Assembly (NCBI RefSeq): GCF_018977255.1
Contig: NW_024704742.1
Coordinates: 31,374,001-31,438,000 of the forward strand
Length of the DNA: 64,000 bases
Direction of reading: 5' to 3'
Origin: Callorhinchus milii
Taxonomy: Eukaryota
The position numbers and the translations under genes are program-made. Shown here in pieces: positions 50,752 through 64,000 of this stretch. Positions within the stretch are counted from its first letter, which is position 1. Each line of letters starts with the position of its first letter. The notes under the pieces were generated by a model, which did not search any database, had not been told where the DNA came from, and worked only from the letters and a program-made list of their open reading frames with translations.

Positions 50752-51130
50752 AGTTTGAGATCTCATCCTCACTTTTAAATTCCTCCATGGTCTTGCCCCA
50801 CCCTACCTCTATGACCTTCTAAAACCCTACAAACCCAGTCACTCCTCCGTTGAGTGAGCACCGAGCTGCTTCACATACTCCACCCTGCCCAACCCACCTT
50901 CAGCAGTCGGGCCTTCAGTTTTTCTGCCTATTCTCTGGAACTCCATTCTGGTGTCCCTTTGCCTAGCCCCTTCCCTCGCCTCCTTAAAGTCCACCTCAAG
51001 ACCTTCCTTTTTGACTTTGCCTTTAGTTATCTTCCCACTCCCACCCCCCAAGCAGGAGGGCCTCGGTCTTGTTGACATACAACTGGAGAAAGTTAGCTCT
51101 CATCCAGGACTTGATGTCCAACAGACATCC
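50752..51130. mobile_element. L2 3' fragment (+, to ~51050) and an L2 RT piece (-, ~51060-51127)
   Basis: HLKTFLFD on +; CLLDIKSWMRANFLQLYVNKTE on -. Confidence 0.8.
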
Positions 51131-51308
51131 TCACCTCATCGGTGCAATTGAGAACTTTGTATGCTTACATAAGAACACTCACTTGTTTCAAAGTAACTCA
51201 CAGAGGGGCTGGAGTCCTCACATTTTGCTGAGATTATATTGCAATTTGCCAAGGTAATGACTTAGCAAAGAAGACTAGGGTGGTTTGATGGTATAGTTTA
51301 CATATTTA

Positions 51309-51590
51309 TTTTGGTCAGCCGGGTGTCTGACATGTGGAAACCCATCACCAGGCTTAAGAGTATCCAACCAAATTGAGATTTCCATGCATCCCACCTACAC
51401 ATGGAAATCCCAGAGATAGATTGTTGGAATGGAATGCGCACTCTCCCCCTGGAGGGACACATCCTGCTCACCTAATTCCGGAAAGTATGAGGTGCAGGTT
51501 GACAAGAGCTTGGGGACCCCAGTGTGTGAGTTGGGATGATTCCCTGCCCCCAGTGACTATTTTGCCCTTCCAGATCCTGCTAATGAGTCA
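51309..51590 (-). mobile_element. family X copy with internal deletion
   Basis: ttttggtcagccgggtgtctgacatgtggaaacc terminus; close match to 32875. Confidence 0.8.
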
Positions 51591-51790
51591 GTTATGAAAA
51601 TTATGAAGCGGCTGGACAAAGTTAGTAGCGAGTGATTTGTTTTCCACTCGTGGGTCCATCAGTTACAAGTGGATATAACCCTAAAGTGGATATTTCCATA
51701 AGAATCTGGAAAGCTCTACCCAGGAAGCCATAGATGAGAAATCAGTTGATGCATTTAAGAAAAGAAATGGATAGATGTTTCCGGGTGGAA
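51590..51790 (+). mobile_element. degraded CR1 fragment
   Basis: tatgaaaattatgaagcggctggacaaag...gttttccact...gcatttaag. Confidence 0.6.
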
Positions 51791-54700
51791 ATTCACTGTG
51801 AATTTAGATTTACTCTGTAGGGCATTTCAGAGTAACCAAATTGTTGAATTCAGTCTTAACTTTGGAGTGCACAGGGCAGGGAGGACACTTACCTGCTCAA
51901 CAATACTGTAGCTTTGGGAAACCAATCATGCCATTCCATCGGAAGTGCTGCTTCTCAGAGAGCAGCGAGTGATGGTATGAAAGACAGCAACAGGTAAAAA
52001 GGAAAGTTCCCTTTTTTCTTTGAGAGCGAACATGCTTCACGATATGGTTAGATTTGATACTGTGAAGCTTCACTGAACTTTTCCACCTGTCCACCAACTG
52101 ATTTAAAATAATAATAATAATCCTTGCAATCGATATAGCACACTTCACATCAGTAGGATATCTCAAAGTGCTTTGTAAGATTTACTGTTAAGTGTAGTGA
52201 CTGCGTATTTTGTAGGCAAAGGCAGCAGCCCATTTGTGCAGAGCAATGTCCTGAGATTAATGAATTAACTGGGGGAATTGAGTTTGCAGTGCTGCAGGAT
52301 TTGAATCACTCGACTTTTCAAACCAGAATTTCTGACTTGCAAAGTCAAACACGGCCCACACTATCAAATCTTCAACAAGCAAGGGAAAAGCAACGAAAAT
52401 ACAGGTCACCCAAATGTTTACTGTCACAACACGTCAGCCGGCAAAATTTATTTCCGGAAAGAAAAAGGTGGATAGAAAAAAAATTATTTTAAAGATCCAT
52501 CGTTTTAAATCTTTAAACCCATGTTCACTTGAGGTCACAACATTTTACAGTCAATCCTGTTAAGCATTTTGAGATTACTTCACATCATGAAATGCATTAT
52601 ATTGAATGCAAGGATTGTTATATATTATTATGTTAGTATAGTTTAAATAACTCTTTTTGAATAGTTTTCAGTAAAGGGTCAGTCAGACCAATTACATTAC
52701 CACTTTACATATGAATGGATATTGTTTTTCTTAATATATTTGAGCTTCCTCAAATAGCTATTTTTTGCAGGAGGTTGATATTTAGTAATAAAATTATTAT
52801 TATAAAATAATTCTTCTTATTATATTATTATAATTAAGACATCCTTTGAGATAACCAGCAATGGTTGTGTTTATTATTACTATTATTATTATTATCATCA
52901 TCATCACCCTGCCCCAGCCCAATACGCCCCAAAAAAATTGAATGTAATTTTCTTACTCTTATTCACACATTAACATTCTGACATCCATCCACTTTGACTG
53001 AATTACTAGTCTGTAGGTCTGTAAGAGGCCCATCTCCACTCCCCCTACCCTCTCAGGTTTGGGCACAATTGCGCCAAAATAAAATCCATTCTTCTAGGCA
53101 AGAATGTGCAGCCGATTATATTCCCGTCTGTCAAACAGCGTCAATAATTAAAAGTAACCAACGAGGTGCGCACGATGTCCCTGTCACTTCAAGCGAAGTG
53201 GAGATGAATCAGACTATGATAAAAGCAAATGCAAAGTTTTTGTTTCTGGAAAATAAGAAAAGCTGCTCCGCCAGAGAGAGAGAAATGGACTTAAGAGAGG
53301 GAGGCTGTTAAATGAATATTTGTGGCTATGTGTCGAGCAATTACAAACCCCCCAAAAAAACAAGCTACTGATACATGCGCTGACCTTTATTAAACCACCA
53401 CAAAACCACTTAACCTGCTGGATTGTGCTTCTCAGGACACCTGCTGAAACAGGCTAAACAAATAGCAATTCTTAACTAGAGAACACTTGGTTTCTTTCAG
53501 GCCAGCTCCCATCTGTTGACACCCCTTTGTCCCAGCTGTGTTCAGCTGCAGGGGCAGTACTAGGCTTTGAGCTGCCTTTTCTGTGAAGTCCTCTTTAGCA
53601 TATTTCTCCCCTTTTTAATGCCCTGATTTATTCATTGGTTTCACCCCTTCTCCCCTCCTCCCACCCGACGCTTTAGGATCGTCTCTTGTCTCTGGCACTT
53701 CGAGGGTCATGTCTTTTCAGTCACTCGGACAATACCCAGTGCCTGCATCTGTTTCCAGATCAAATCAAGCATATTGTGATCACATCCTGCCTGAGAATTG
53801 TTCCTCCTTTTGCTAGGCATTGTCACCAATTTCATGCCATGTATTGCTCCATGTTTTGTGCTTCATGAAGCTGTCATGGGTATAAAAGTTGGCTGACCAG
53901 GGTCGTAGTCAAAGGGGTGGGAATGAAACATCAGCGAAATGTTTATCAGGCCACCCACACTATACTGCAGGAATTAATTGTGGCCCAGCAGGCTTCATTA
54001 TGCAGCCTATAGGAGTCAACAGTTTTACAAGGCCAATAAAGCCCTTTCTGTACAATGGAGTTTGAGCAGACAAATGCCTTGCCCTTTTGCTTGCCCACTT
54101 ACTAGGCCTGCACGGCTACTGCCTCTCAGTTACATTCGCGATGCTCCAGATTCGCTCTGCTATCTTTTTAATATCAGCCAAAGCCAATGCAGTTGTTGTG
54201 TGGAGGTTATTATTTTTACTTGGAGAGGAGGGGGGGCAGTGGGGGCTGGTGGTATTCTAAAAGCCAGCAGGAAGCCGCCAAGTGACATGAGACAGCTTTG
54301 TCCTGTGTATGTTAAACAATTTCATGGACATCTGTCACGCATAGTTAACTCTGCATTGCCGCGTTTCAGCTGGCAAGCCTACACCGGCCCTCACTGATAA
54401 AGTACCTGGCAGTCACCAAAGGCGCTGGATAACGAAGCATGAATCATAAAACACACGACTGTGCAGCAATATCCAAGTTCATTCAGCGCAATGAAGCCAT
54501 GCGGAGGTCCTTTATCCCTGGCTAATTATCTGGAAAGCTATAAGACAATAAAGCATCTGGTGGGTCTTTCTTCCAGATTTCAATTTTTCTCAATATTGTG
54601 AGAGGAAAAAGCATTTTACTTTTCCCTGGGTGGCTGCAGCAGACAGGAGTAAAAGCAAGGGTCAGCAAAGTGCAAATAAATGAATTTATATCTTTCTTTT

Positions 54701-57700
54701 CTCTCTCTCTCTCTCTTGGTCAATTCCACTCTTATTGTTCAGCGCCACTTCTTCTCCGGGTTTCAGCTTGCCATTCTCACTGTGCTGCTCCTGAATAAAT
54801 CTTTGTACTTGTCCATTATACAACACCCACCACCCCCACCCACCCCTACACACGCACACATCTCCTCACCCCAAACACAAACACACAGTGGGTTTTTTTC
54901 AAGCACGAAAAAAAATTCATCGCTGACATTTAGTAACTCTTAGGATGGGAGCGAACTGCAGACAAACACAAGTCTACCCTAGGACAGAGAATCCCTGAAG
55001 CTCCCTCTGCGCACACACTTTATTGCCGACGGCCGAGGCTGAATTTACACATTCGCACTTTTATCCGTCAGCATTGTCTGAACTTTTTGAAGTGTTTGTG
55101 CGTGTGTGTAGGTGTCAGGGTCAAAACACTGGTGTCTTTATGAGAAAACAGTGGGTCCCGCTTCGGGCACTGCACAATAAGTGCTGAAAGGTTAGGAAGG
55201 GTGCGGGTTATAAATGAAGATGTTTTATGAAGGTTGCTCTCTCTCTCTCGTGAGTGAGCCATGAAACAAACAGAGGCTGAAGTAGGTTGGACTTATAAGA
55301 AGGTGATGGGAGCTTCGACTGCATGAGATGTGATATTTTGTGATATTCGGGCATTTGACAAACCATCCTGAGAGAACCGAATTAATAACCTACATGAATC
55401 ACATGGGAACCTCTTTCTTCCTTTCTCTAACTGGAAGAACATCACGGTTGATCTGTAGGAATCACACTCCAATGTGATCTTCTATGTCCAAAGCAAAAAA
55501 TCCCTCAGATCATTAAGGAAACCTGTTAGGAAATACAAGAAATTAGACCTTATAAGTTTTTTTAAAATATTTTATTGAAAGCACATTATTCATTTTACTC
55601 TTTCCTTCTCATCTACTATTCTCCCCTCCTCTTTGGGCAACATTGGGACGTCCTCCCGACGTGAAAAGCGCTATATCAAATGCAAGGATTATTATTATTA
55701 TTATTGTTCAGCAGGAATCACTGATCTGGACTAGAATAGGAAACCCTGACTGAAAGCGTCTGTCTCTCCCCTCTTAGTCTGATGTCAAAAACCTTCTGAA
55801 ACTATTCCTAACGATAAACAATAATCTCCTGAAACTAATCTATTCCGAACTTTAAGAGAGAAAAAAACATAAAACTAAATTGATTAACTTAATAAATGCT
55901 TATATTTTTAAAAAAGTAAAAGCTTCATATTTTTTAACCAAAATCTTCTGATTTATTATCCTGTTCATTTGGAAACACAACCAGTTATAACTACAACAAC
56001 AACTTGCATTTGTATGGGGTAGGATCTCAGAGCACTTAAAACTACGCATCTTGTGTATATATCTTAGAATTTAAAAAAGTTGGGAACTTGAAGTGTTTCT
56101 AAGACCTAACTTTCGACTGCGTTTTTGAATCACCTTTCCCCCACCCACTTGAGTTTCCTCCCCTGTCTCCAGCTTGGGCTCTCATTCAGCTGTGTGAAGT
56201 GCTTTGAGACGTCCTCTCAATGTTGTCAGACATTGTGGTGCACAAATTGGCTGGTGCATTTGCCTGCAAAACACACAGTCACTACACTTTACAAAATATC
56301 CTGTGAAGTGCATTGGGACATCTTCCTGACATGATGTAAGGATTATTATTATTATTACCATTATTATTATCATTATCATCTTTCTTTCTCATTAAGTAAA
56401 TAAATGGAAGTGACACATTCAGATACCACAGCACTGGGAAAGTCTTGGATTAGGCCCGGAGAGCACAGATTTTCGCACATTATCCCCCGAAAGTGGCTTA
56501 ACAAATAATTTTTAAAGTAAATTATAAGAGCAGTTCTGGCAGCTAGGAAACAAAACGATCAAGTCACTCACTGTCTATTCTGAATGGCCCAGAGGAGAAA
56601 ACAGAAGTTAGCGGGTGTGGGTGGGAGAGGGGAGGAATAATAATCCTTGAATTTGATATAGCACCTTATCGCAGCGTTGAGACGTCTCAAAAAACTTCAC
56701 AAGATGCACTGTAAAGTGGTATGACTCTGTTTATCTTCGGGTGAACAGAAAGGGGGTTGGGGGGGAATTAGATCCCAAACTTTCCTTAATTTTTCTGGGA
56801 AATGTTCAGGGAATAGAATATGTTGAGGGATACTGCAATTTTGAGCCCAAAGAGTCTCGTACAATCCAGTAATCAATGGCCATAGACAACCTTCTCTGTT
56901 CGAAATGTCGGGGGAAAAGAAAAAATAATATAATAATCCTTGCATTTGATATAGTGCCTTATCACGTCTTCGAGACGTCTCAAAGTGCTTCACAGAATAT
57001 ACTGTAAAGTGAATTGACGGTATGTTTTGTGGATGAAATACACACAAGTGGCAAAAGAAAAAGATCAGCAACAAGGAAATGCTCCAATATGCCCTCCATC
57101 ACGGCAAACCCAGAAATATAACAAGACCAAATCAAAATACGTCCTCTCACAATCGGTGTTTAAAGATGACCGATCATAATCCCCTGCACCACAGTGGCTG
57201 CATAATCACTGCGCAAAAACTGCTGCTGTATTCCTCCTCCCCGAAAAGAAGCCCATTTGTTCACTGCTTTATGTCGAACACATTTTTAAACTGAACAAAA
57301 ACAAAATCCTCCATATAATTGTGTATCCCTTGCATGAGTAGCTTCTCTGCACCAAGCCAGACGTAACACCAATGTGACTTCACTATGGATATGTCAAGCA
57401 CTCTGATCCCCATTGTTGTTTAAAATGTAGTGATGCAGCAGAAAAGTGTCACCAGCCTCCAGCAATGTTACCATGTTATACTAGCTTCTAAGTGAGGCAG
57501 CCTGATATTATAACCTTTTCATACCGAGGTCACTTACGTGCCTTAAAACGGATTAAAAAGAACCCCAAGGACAATTGAAGCAATTGCGTAATACATATTC
57601 GACTTCTTCAAAGTAGTCGGTGAAGCCTGGCAAATGAAAGGAGAAAAGGCAGCTCTTGTGTCACTGTATTTATTTTTGGGGATTTTAAAGAACAAACCGA

Positions 57701-59984
57701 GAGGATTGTTCAGTCTTTTGCCAGACATCCTGGGCGCTCCGAGATATTTTCTGCCTTGGACACAAGTCGCCTTTTGCCTTTGCCTCTGTGAGCGACAAAT
57801 TGTGCTCAGGCAGCCAGTCAGAACCCTGCAAACTGCCCAATGAAAGGTAATTGTTCTGCTCTCTTTCAATGGCTTTTGACGGCTTCAGTAAATTTGAGTT
57901 TATCTTGGGCTCACGTAATGGAGAATGCAGCGAAATGAAATGGAGCCGGGTGTTTGAATGGAAGTCTTTAATCAGATGCATCTTCTTAGTTTTTCAAGTG
58001 CCTATCATATCGCACAACCGGTCTTGAAGAGCCCTCCATTTACCCTCTTCCCCTAATTAAATGTGCACTTCATTAATGTAAATTGGGGGGTTTAATGCTC
58101 TTGTTGAAATTCTGAAGAAAGTGCTGTAGCTTTGCGAAATGCTTGAGCATCGTTGCAAATTAGATTAGGGACCAAGAAAGGCAGTAAAATTAGAATGATA
58201 ATGGTTGATATGGCTTCCTGACAGGCATGACTATTCAGAGATCAATGCGAAGGAGAGCAGTTCCTTTGGCCTAAGAAAGACAGAGACTAACGTCAGCCTG
58301 CAGATGTTGCTTGTGGAAGCACTTTAAATTAGTTTAATTTGGTAAATCGTAGAGATTTAAAGGACATTAGCTGGGTAGATACAAGACAGGAATACATTTA
58401 ATCTTTTTATTGAAACATAAAATGGATTGGACAAATGCATATGCCGAGCGAATCGAGTAGCTTTTCATTTAAAAGTTGGTTAAGGAGAAGTGGGGCCTAG
58501 GAACATAGACTTTGCTGTAGCTATTTCACCAGTTTTAACAAAGAACAATGAATTGACTGGACAGCAATGTTAAACCTGAAATCGGGGAAGGTTAAATGTA
58601 TTGATTTATTTATGCTATTGACTCATATCTCCAACTGTTAATAACTCACAATGGAACCATGGCTACATTGCCTTTTCTCAACTGCAACCTCTCTGTGCCT
58701 CAATGATTAGGTGAGGCGTTGTGGATCACCATCACTTATTCAGCCTGTAAAGCAGCTTAAGCACATAAGAACATTACGTTTGGGTGCCAATACCAGATTG
58801 ACCCTTATTCATAAAGTGCAAATGGCTGGAAGTAGAACAGATTGGTTGCTAGCGATTCCCTTTTATGTGCAGTTTAGTGTCTTTGATTTCTCCCCTTTCT
58901 TCCTTTAATCTGACATCAGTGGCTTAATAAGTTTGCACTCTGAGTAAACAGGCCAGTGCAGGCCCTTTTAACACAGAGTCACGGGAAAGGCTGACATTAA
59001 AAGGTTTGCTCTGAGAATTAAACAACTTACGATCGGATGAGAACACTGGCCCTGGATGGTGTGGTGTGCCAATCGTTTTGCATAAGACGTTTTGCTTTCT
59101 GCTTTATCCTCTGCCCCAAAACACATTTCACATGTTGCACCTGTACACGAGAATGACTAATGTAAAGACTTTAGTCCTTCTTTAAAAATGCATGACCTTG
59201 TAGAGGGCTTAAAGTCAAGGTGAAAACGGCTATCTCAAACCTCTGTTTTTCACCAGTGATACTTTTACTCGATTCACATTTCTGCAACCTTCAAACAACA
59301 ACTCGCACTGGATTTACGTAGCGCCTTTCACTTAACGTACCATCCTTGGGCACTTTAATCCGGCTTTCCGATCTTTTTGCAAAGTTTTTTTTATAGGCTG
59401 CAATAAACTATTCAAAATTTTTAATAGTAAACTGTAATGTAGCTTCTTTTTTGATCAACATCACTGCACAAATCCACAGAACTGCAATGTTAACTGATGT
59501 GAAATTCATTCTATAATTCACAGACTAACTCCAGAGCCCAGGAACCTGGTTTCATCAGCCATTCTATTGAATGAAGCCAGTAGATCAGTCCCCAGCTTTC
59601 TGCTACTCTCGCTCTCAGTTGAATAGTAGGAAGCTTGACTTTCCCTCCAGTTCATAGTAAATACCCAGCTTCCATTCAGTGTCTTCCCAGCCAGTCAGCT
59701 TAACAGGAGCAACAGTCATGCATTGGTTATGTGTGGGGTAGGAACCCAGGTTCAATGAAAGGGAAGCAGCTAACCATTACAGTAACACACTGGACGTTGG
59801 TTGGGAATGTGTTTACTTCTCTTAAAAAAAAACGTTTTGGTTTCTCTTTTCTCTCTCACTTTCCCCCTCTTTGAATCTTTGCTTGACAAAATTAGCAGAC
59901 ATTATATGTGCCAAGCTCAAACCAGTCATTAGGTGGCGTGTGAGAGCAATCACTTGACTCTCTCTGGAGATATGCCCTTCCTTT

Positions 59985-60625
59985 TAGAATCATAGAAGCA
60001 CAGGAGGCCATTCGGCCCATGGTGCCTGTGTTGGCTCTTTGAAAGAGGTATCCAATTCGTCCCACTCCTTGCAACTTTTTTTTTCCAAGTATCTATCCAA
60101 ATCCCTTTTCAAGTTATTATTGAATCTGCTTCCATCACCCTTTTAGGCAGTGCATTCCAGATCGTAACAATGTGTAAAAAAATTACTCCTCATCTCACCT
60201 CTGGTTCTTTTGTCGATTATCTTAAATCGGTGTCCTTTGGTTACCGACCCACCTGCCAGTGGAAACAGTTTCTCCTTATTTATTCTTATCAAAACCCCTC
60301 ATAATTTTGAACACCTCTATTAAATCTCCCCTTAACCTTCTATTCCCTAAGTTCTAGTAATAATAATAAGTTCTAGTTCTAACAATAATAATCCCTCCAA
60401 AAAAACAAAACAATAATAAATTGGTCATTTTCAATCCACGACTGTCTGTGGGACATTGCTGTGCGCAATTGGCTGCCGCGTTGGCCCACAAATATACAGT
60501 ATATTTACAGTATATTCTGTGAAGCGCTTTGGGACGTCTAGAAGTCATGAAAAGCGCTATATCAAATGCAAGGATTATTATTATTATTATTAAGGATAGC
60601 AATCCCAGCTCCTCCAGTCTCTCCT
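59985..60625 (-). mobile_element. CR1 LINE 3' fragment, interrupted by a family B SINE
   Basis: matches 31636-31885 and extends upstream; resumes after 60591. Confidence 0.88.
60385..60590 (+). mobile_element. 5'-truncated family B SINE nested in CR1
   Basis: very close to 33825-34028. Confidence 0.88.
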
Positions 60626-61577
60626 CTTTTGCAGAAGCTTGGCCGAGATCAGTAGCTTGACATGAGCAGAATTGTATGCATTAGCCCATGCTACAATTAA
60701 TTTCCTTGTCTTTGTGAAGCAATGTGTCTCTGTAGGCAAGTTGTAATTTTCCCTGTGGCAGCGGAGTGCGTTGTGGTATCTCGGGACCTGTCGTATGAGT
60801 CTGGGTATCAGGAACAGTTGGTTCTAGCAGTGTGTCAATGTTAGATCTGGAGTTAGCTTCACTGAGCTGCATCGGAGAGGAGCACAGGAACATTCAAGCT
60901 GGTCGGAATTCAAAGAGCCTCCCTCCTCAATTCACATAAACCGACTCTTGTGAAATTATCACATCACTTAACACTTTTTTTCATTTATTAGTTTGTGGGA
61001 GCTCTTTGTTGTTCTGATTTTTTTGGATTTTTTTTTAAAAATTGAGTTTGTCTAAAAAAGCACACAGTCCCTGCCGTTTACAGTAAATCCTGTGAGCTGA
61101 TTTGAGACATCCTCCCAATGTGAAAGATACTATGTCAAATGGAAGGATAATTATTATTAGTGTTCCATTTCACCATCTTTATTCAATATGCCTTAAAACC
61201 TACAGTCATGGCTTCTCCCACCTCACTGTGAGAATGATGTGATGAATATCACCTGGACTACATTTGCCACATTGCCTAGTGAACAAAATATTTGTCACCA
61301 GTCACAACTTGCAATTGTAAATCATTGTTTCTGTAAAAAAAATACACCTCAAAGTATATTTTTTGAAAACCCTTCTCTTTTTGAATAGTGTCATGGAATG
61401 TGGTGCTCAATTGCGCACAGCAGGATGAAGACTTAGCTTTCAATAGAGGAGCAAAGGGACTGAGGTGGAAGCAATAAATAAGAATAAGAGGAGAAAGGCA
61501 GACCAAGGCATTGTGTTAAAAGAGCACTGGGAGTGAGTACAATGTTATTTCAGATGAACCTAGAGAGGACATTTTTA

Positions 61578-62026
61578 CAATAATAATAATCTTTGCATTT
61601 GATATAACTTTCAACAATTCTGTACCCTCTGGAACTCCATATGTAGTGCCTTTCACGTCAGGAGGACATCTCAAACTGCTTGACAGAATTCAATGTAAAG
61701 GGCAATGACTGTATTTTGTAGGCAAACACAGTAGACAATATACGCACAGCAGTGCCTCATAAACAGCCATGAAGTGAATTTATTTGGGGATTGTTGGCCA
61801 GAACACCAGGAAAATCTCCCTTCTCTTTTTGAATAGTCTCAATGGATCTTTAAGGTCCACCTGAACAGGCAGATGGGACATCTGGTTTACATCTCAACCA
61901 ACAGACAGTACAGCTCGTCCCCAGCACTCCACTGGAGTATCGACCCAGAAAAAACCCTGACATTGGTTTGAACCCACAATCTTCTGCCTTGGAGATCAAA
62001 TTACTACTAGCTGAGCCAGGCTGACA
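61578..62026 (-). mobile_element. DeuSINE-like SINE (family A), full length
   Basis: tail, gatctttaaggtccacctgaacaggcag core, ctgagccaggctgac head. Confidence 0.85.
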
Positions 62027-62557
62027 TTTAACAGTGAAAAAACCTGGCAAAGGTTGGAAGGAAAGACAATAATATTGGATAACACAGCTGCTAGGAGCAT
62101 TCAGAGTTGCAAGGACTCGTGCTCACGTAACTGTGCTTGACACAGACATGAGGTCTGTCGCTTGACTCTAATCTTCATCTGGGTAATTTGATTTTAGCAT
62201 GCAATTTATATACTTAGCTACAGTAATACAAATCACACAACACCTCAGTGAAATGTAGGCAATTTGCTTTATGTCCGTCATGCAGTTATTTCAGTGCAAG
62301 TCGTAACTTACCTCTATTTATAGCTCCAATTTAAACCATGAGACTGATCGTCAATCTGGTGGGATTCAGTGCTCACTGGCACACAATGACTGAACGCACC
62401 CTGGGCTTCCAATGCTGAGGAGCTGTTGCTGGAGGGAGCCCCAGCAATCACTGGAGCACATTACTCCCAAGCTTCAACAGCAGATTCAGCTCTCTTGAAA
62501 TGCCGTCTCTCAGATAAGTTTGCTCACTTGTATTATTGACAAGTGTATATATGATAC

Positions 62558-62930
62558 AATAATAATCCTTGCATTTGATATAGCACCTATTATATCAAGA
62601 ACGTCTCAAAACGGTTTGTAGGATTCACTGATTTACTGTGAAGTGTAGTGACTGTGTATGTGTAGCAAATCCAGCAGCCAGTTTGCCCACAGCAATGTTC
62701 CACAAACAGCCATGAAGTGAATGATCAATCTTGTTTGGGGTTTGGTCGGGCAGGACACTGGGATAAATTCCCTTCTCTCTTTTCGAATAGTGTCATGGGA
62801 TCTTTAATGTCTACCTGAACAGGCAGATGTCTCATTTCAGTTTAATGTCTCATTTAAAGGTCAGCACTTCTGATAATTCAGCACTCCCCCAACACTGCGC
62901 TGGAATATCAACCTAAGCTATCAGCTCAGT
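62558..62930 (-). mobile_element. DeuSINE-like SINE (family A)
   Basis: catgggatctttaatgtctacctgaacaggcag core and tail. Confidence 0.85.
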
Positions 62931-63397
62931 ATGAATTGAGAGTGGAAAAAAAATGGATTTAACCTTCCCTTTAAAAAGGGCCCATGAGATTTTTGCCTTA
63001 TTCTTTTTTCCCAGCCCAATCTTACTAGCCCAGAACTAGAGCTATTTTTGAGTGAATGAGATAATGTGACAATCACCAGCAAATGCCCAGAAGTGCTGTA
63101 ATGATGTGCTTGGATTGTGTTGGGAACAATCTGAAACCAGTTTAACTCTGTGGGCTACACTTCGGGGTATTGCAGTTCAATTCCACATCATTGTCCACAT
63201 CTCAGGCTATCCTCGATAACAACTGGAATTTAAGGGAAAGGAGACTCTTCAGTTAGTGCTATGAATGGAAACTCCTCACCCCTTAATAAGTCCCAAGTGG
63301 AGAATTTTGTTTCTTTTCACCTTGATCAATTGCAGTCCTCAAACTAGTTTCTATTACAGGAGTCTATGGAATCCATCAACAGCTTCACTTAACATTT

Positions 63398-63790
63398 AAC
63401 AACAACAACAATTAACATTTATATAGCGTTGTCAGGAAGACAACTCAAAGTGCTTCACACAGCCTGGTAACTGTCCCGAGCTGGGTTGAGAGTTTGGGGC
63501 AGGTGTTGGTTAAGGTGGCTAAAGTGTAGTAAGAAAGATAGGTGATGAGGTGTGGATTCAATGTGGGTGAGGTGTACGCATCCCAGAGGGCACAGAATGG
63601 CTGAAAGTTCAATTACTTATAGTGGGGTAGATCGACCAAGGGACATGAAGGTAAGTATTTACGGAATGGAGGGAGCAGCTGAGGCAGCAGGGTTACAGAG
63701 ATGGGGTGAGATGAGACCATGGCAGCATTTAAAAGTGAGGATGAGAATCTTGAATTGCATCCACTGGGGAATGGGGATCTCAAGCTTCAT
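63398..63790 (-). mobile_element. old L2 3' fragment
   Basis: (CAA)n tail; gtgaggatgagaatcttgaattg, as in other L2 copies. Confidence 0.65.
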
Positions 63791-63889
63791 TAATGTAGGA
63801 TAAACATTCTGAAGTGCTTCAGACAAATGATAAGGAGGAAGGAGAATTTAAAGGTACTGACCAAAGTTATGGTTAAAAAGATACAGTTT

Positions 63890-64000
63890 TAGAATCACAG
63901 AAATTTATAGAAGTGAAGGAGGCCATTTGGCTCATTATGTCTGTTCTGGCTCTTTGAAAGAGCAGTTTATTAAATCCCATCCTCCATTTCTCTTTTTCTA
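63890..64000 (-). mobile_element. CR1 3' terminus, running off the window
   Basis: gaaggaggccatttggc...ggctctttgaaagagc, as at 59990-60050. Confidence 0.7.

Noticed and set aside
51886..52000. Minus-strand exon ending in CAG|GTAAGT
   Set aside because: Good donor site, but no clear acceptor or coding frame; needs transcript data.
53878..53890. TATA box GGGTATAAAAG
   Set aside because: No supporting exon or CpG island; a single short motif is expected by chance.

Overview
AT-rich, non-coding vertebrate genomic DNA. The repeat content (L2 and CR1 LINE fragments, DeuSINE-like and tRNA-headed SINEs, a Penelope-like terminus) points to a cartilaginous fish, possibly a chimaera such as Callorhinchus. 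That assignment is from recall and was not checked by search. I find no host protein-coding exon; the only recognisable peptides are degraded L2/CR1 ORF2 pieces. Much of the window is interspersed repeat, often nested. Several 2-3 kb repeat-free islands look like conserved cis-regulatory DNA of a gene desert or large intron. The most notable observations are: a ~160-nt hairpin with + strand G-U bias (17142-17302), a cluster of three TA-flanked MITEs, an unclassified 7-copy repeat family, a chimeric tRNA-Ala/CORE-like SINE in long and short forms, and a SINE with a twin-priming-like 5' inversion. I cannot support a novel gene system here. Repeat boundaries are approximate (read by eye).
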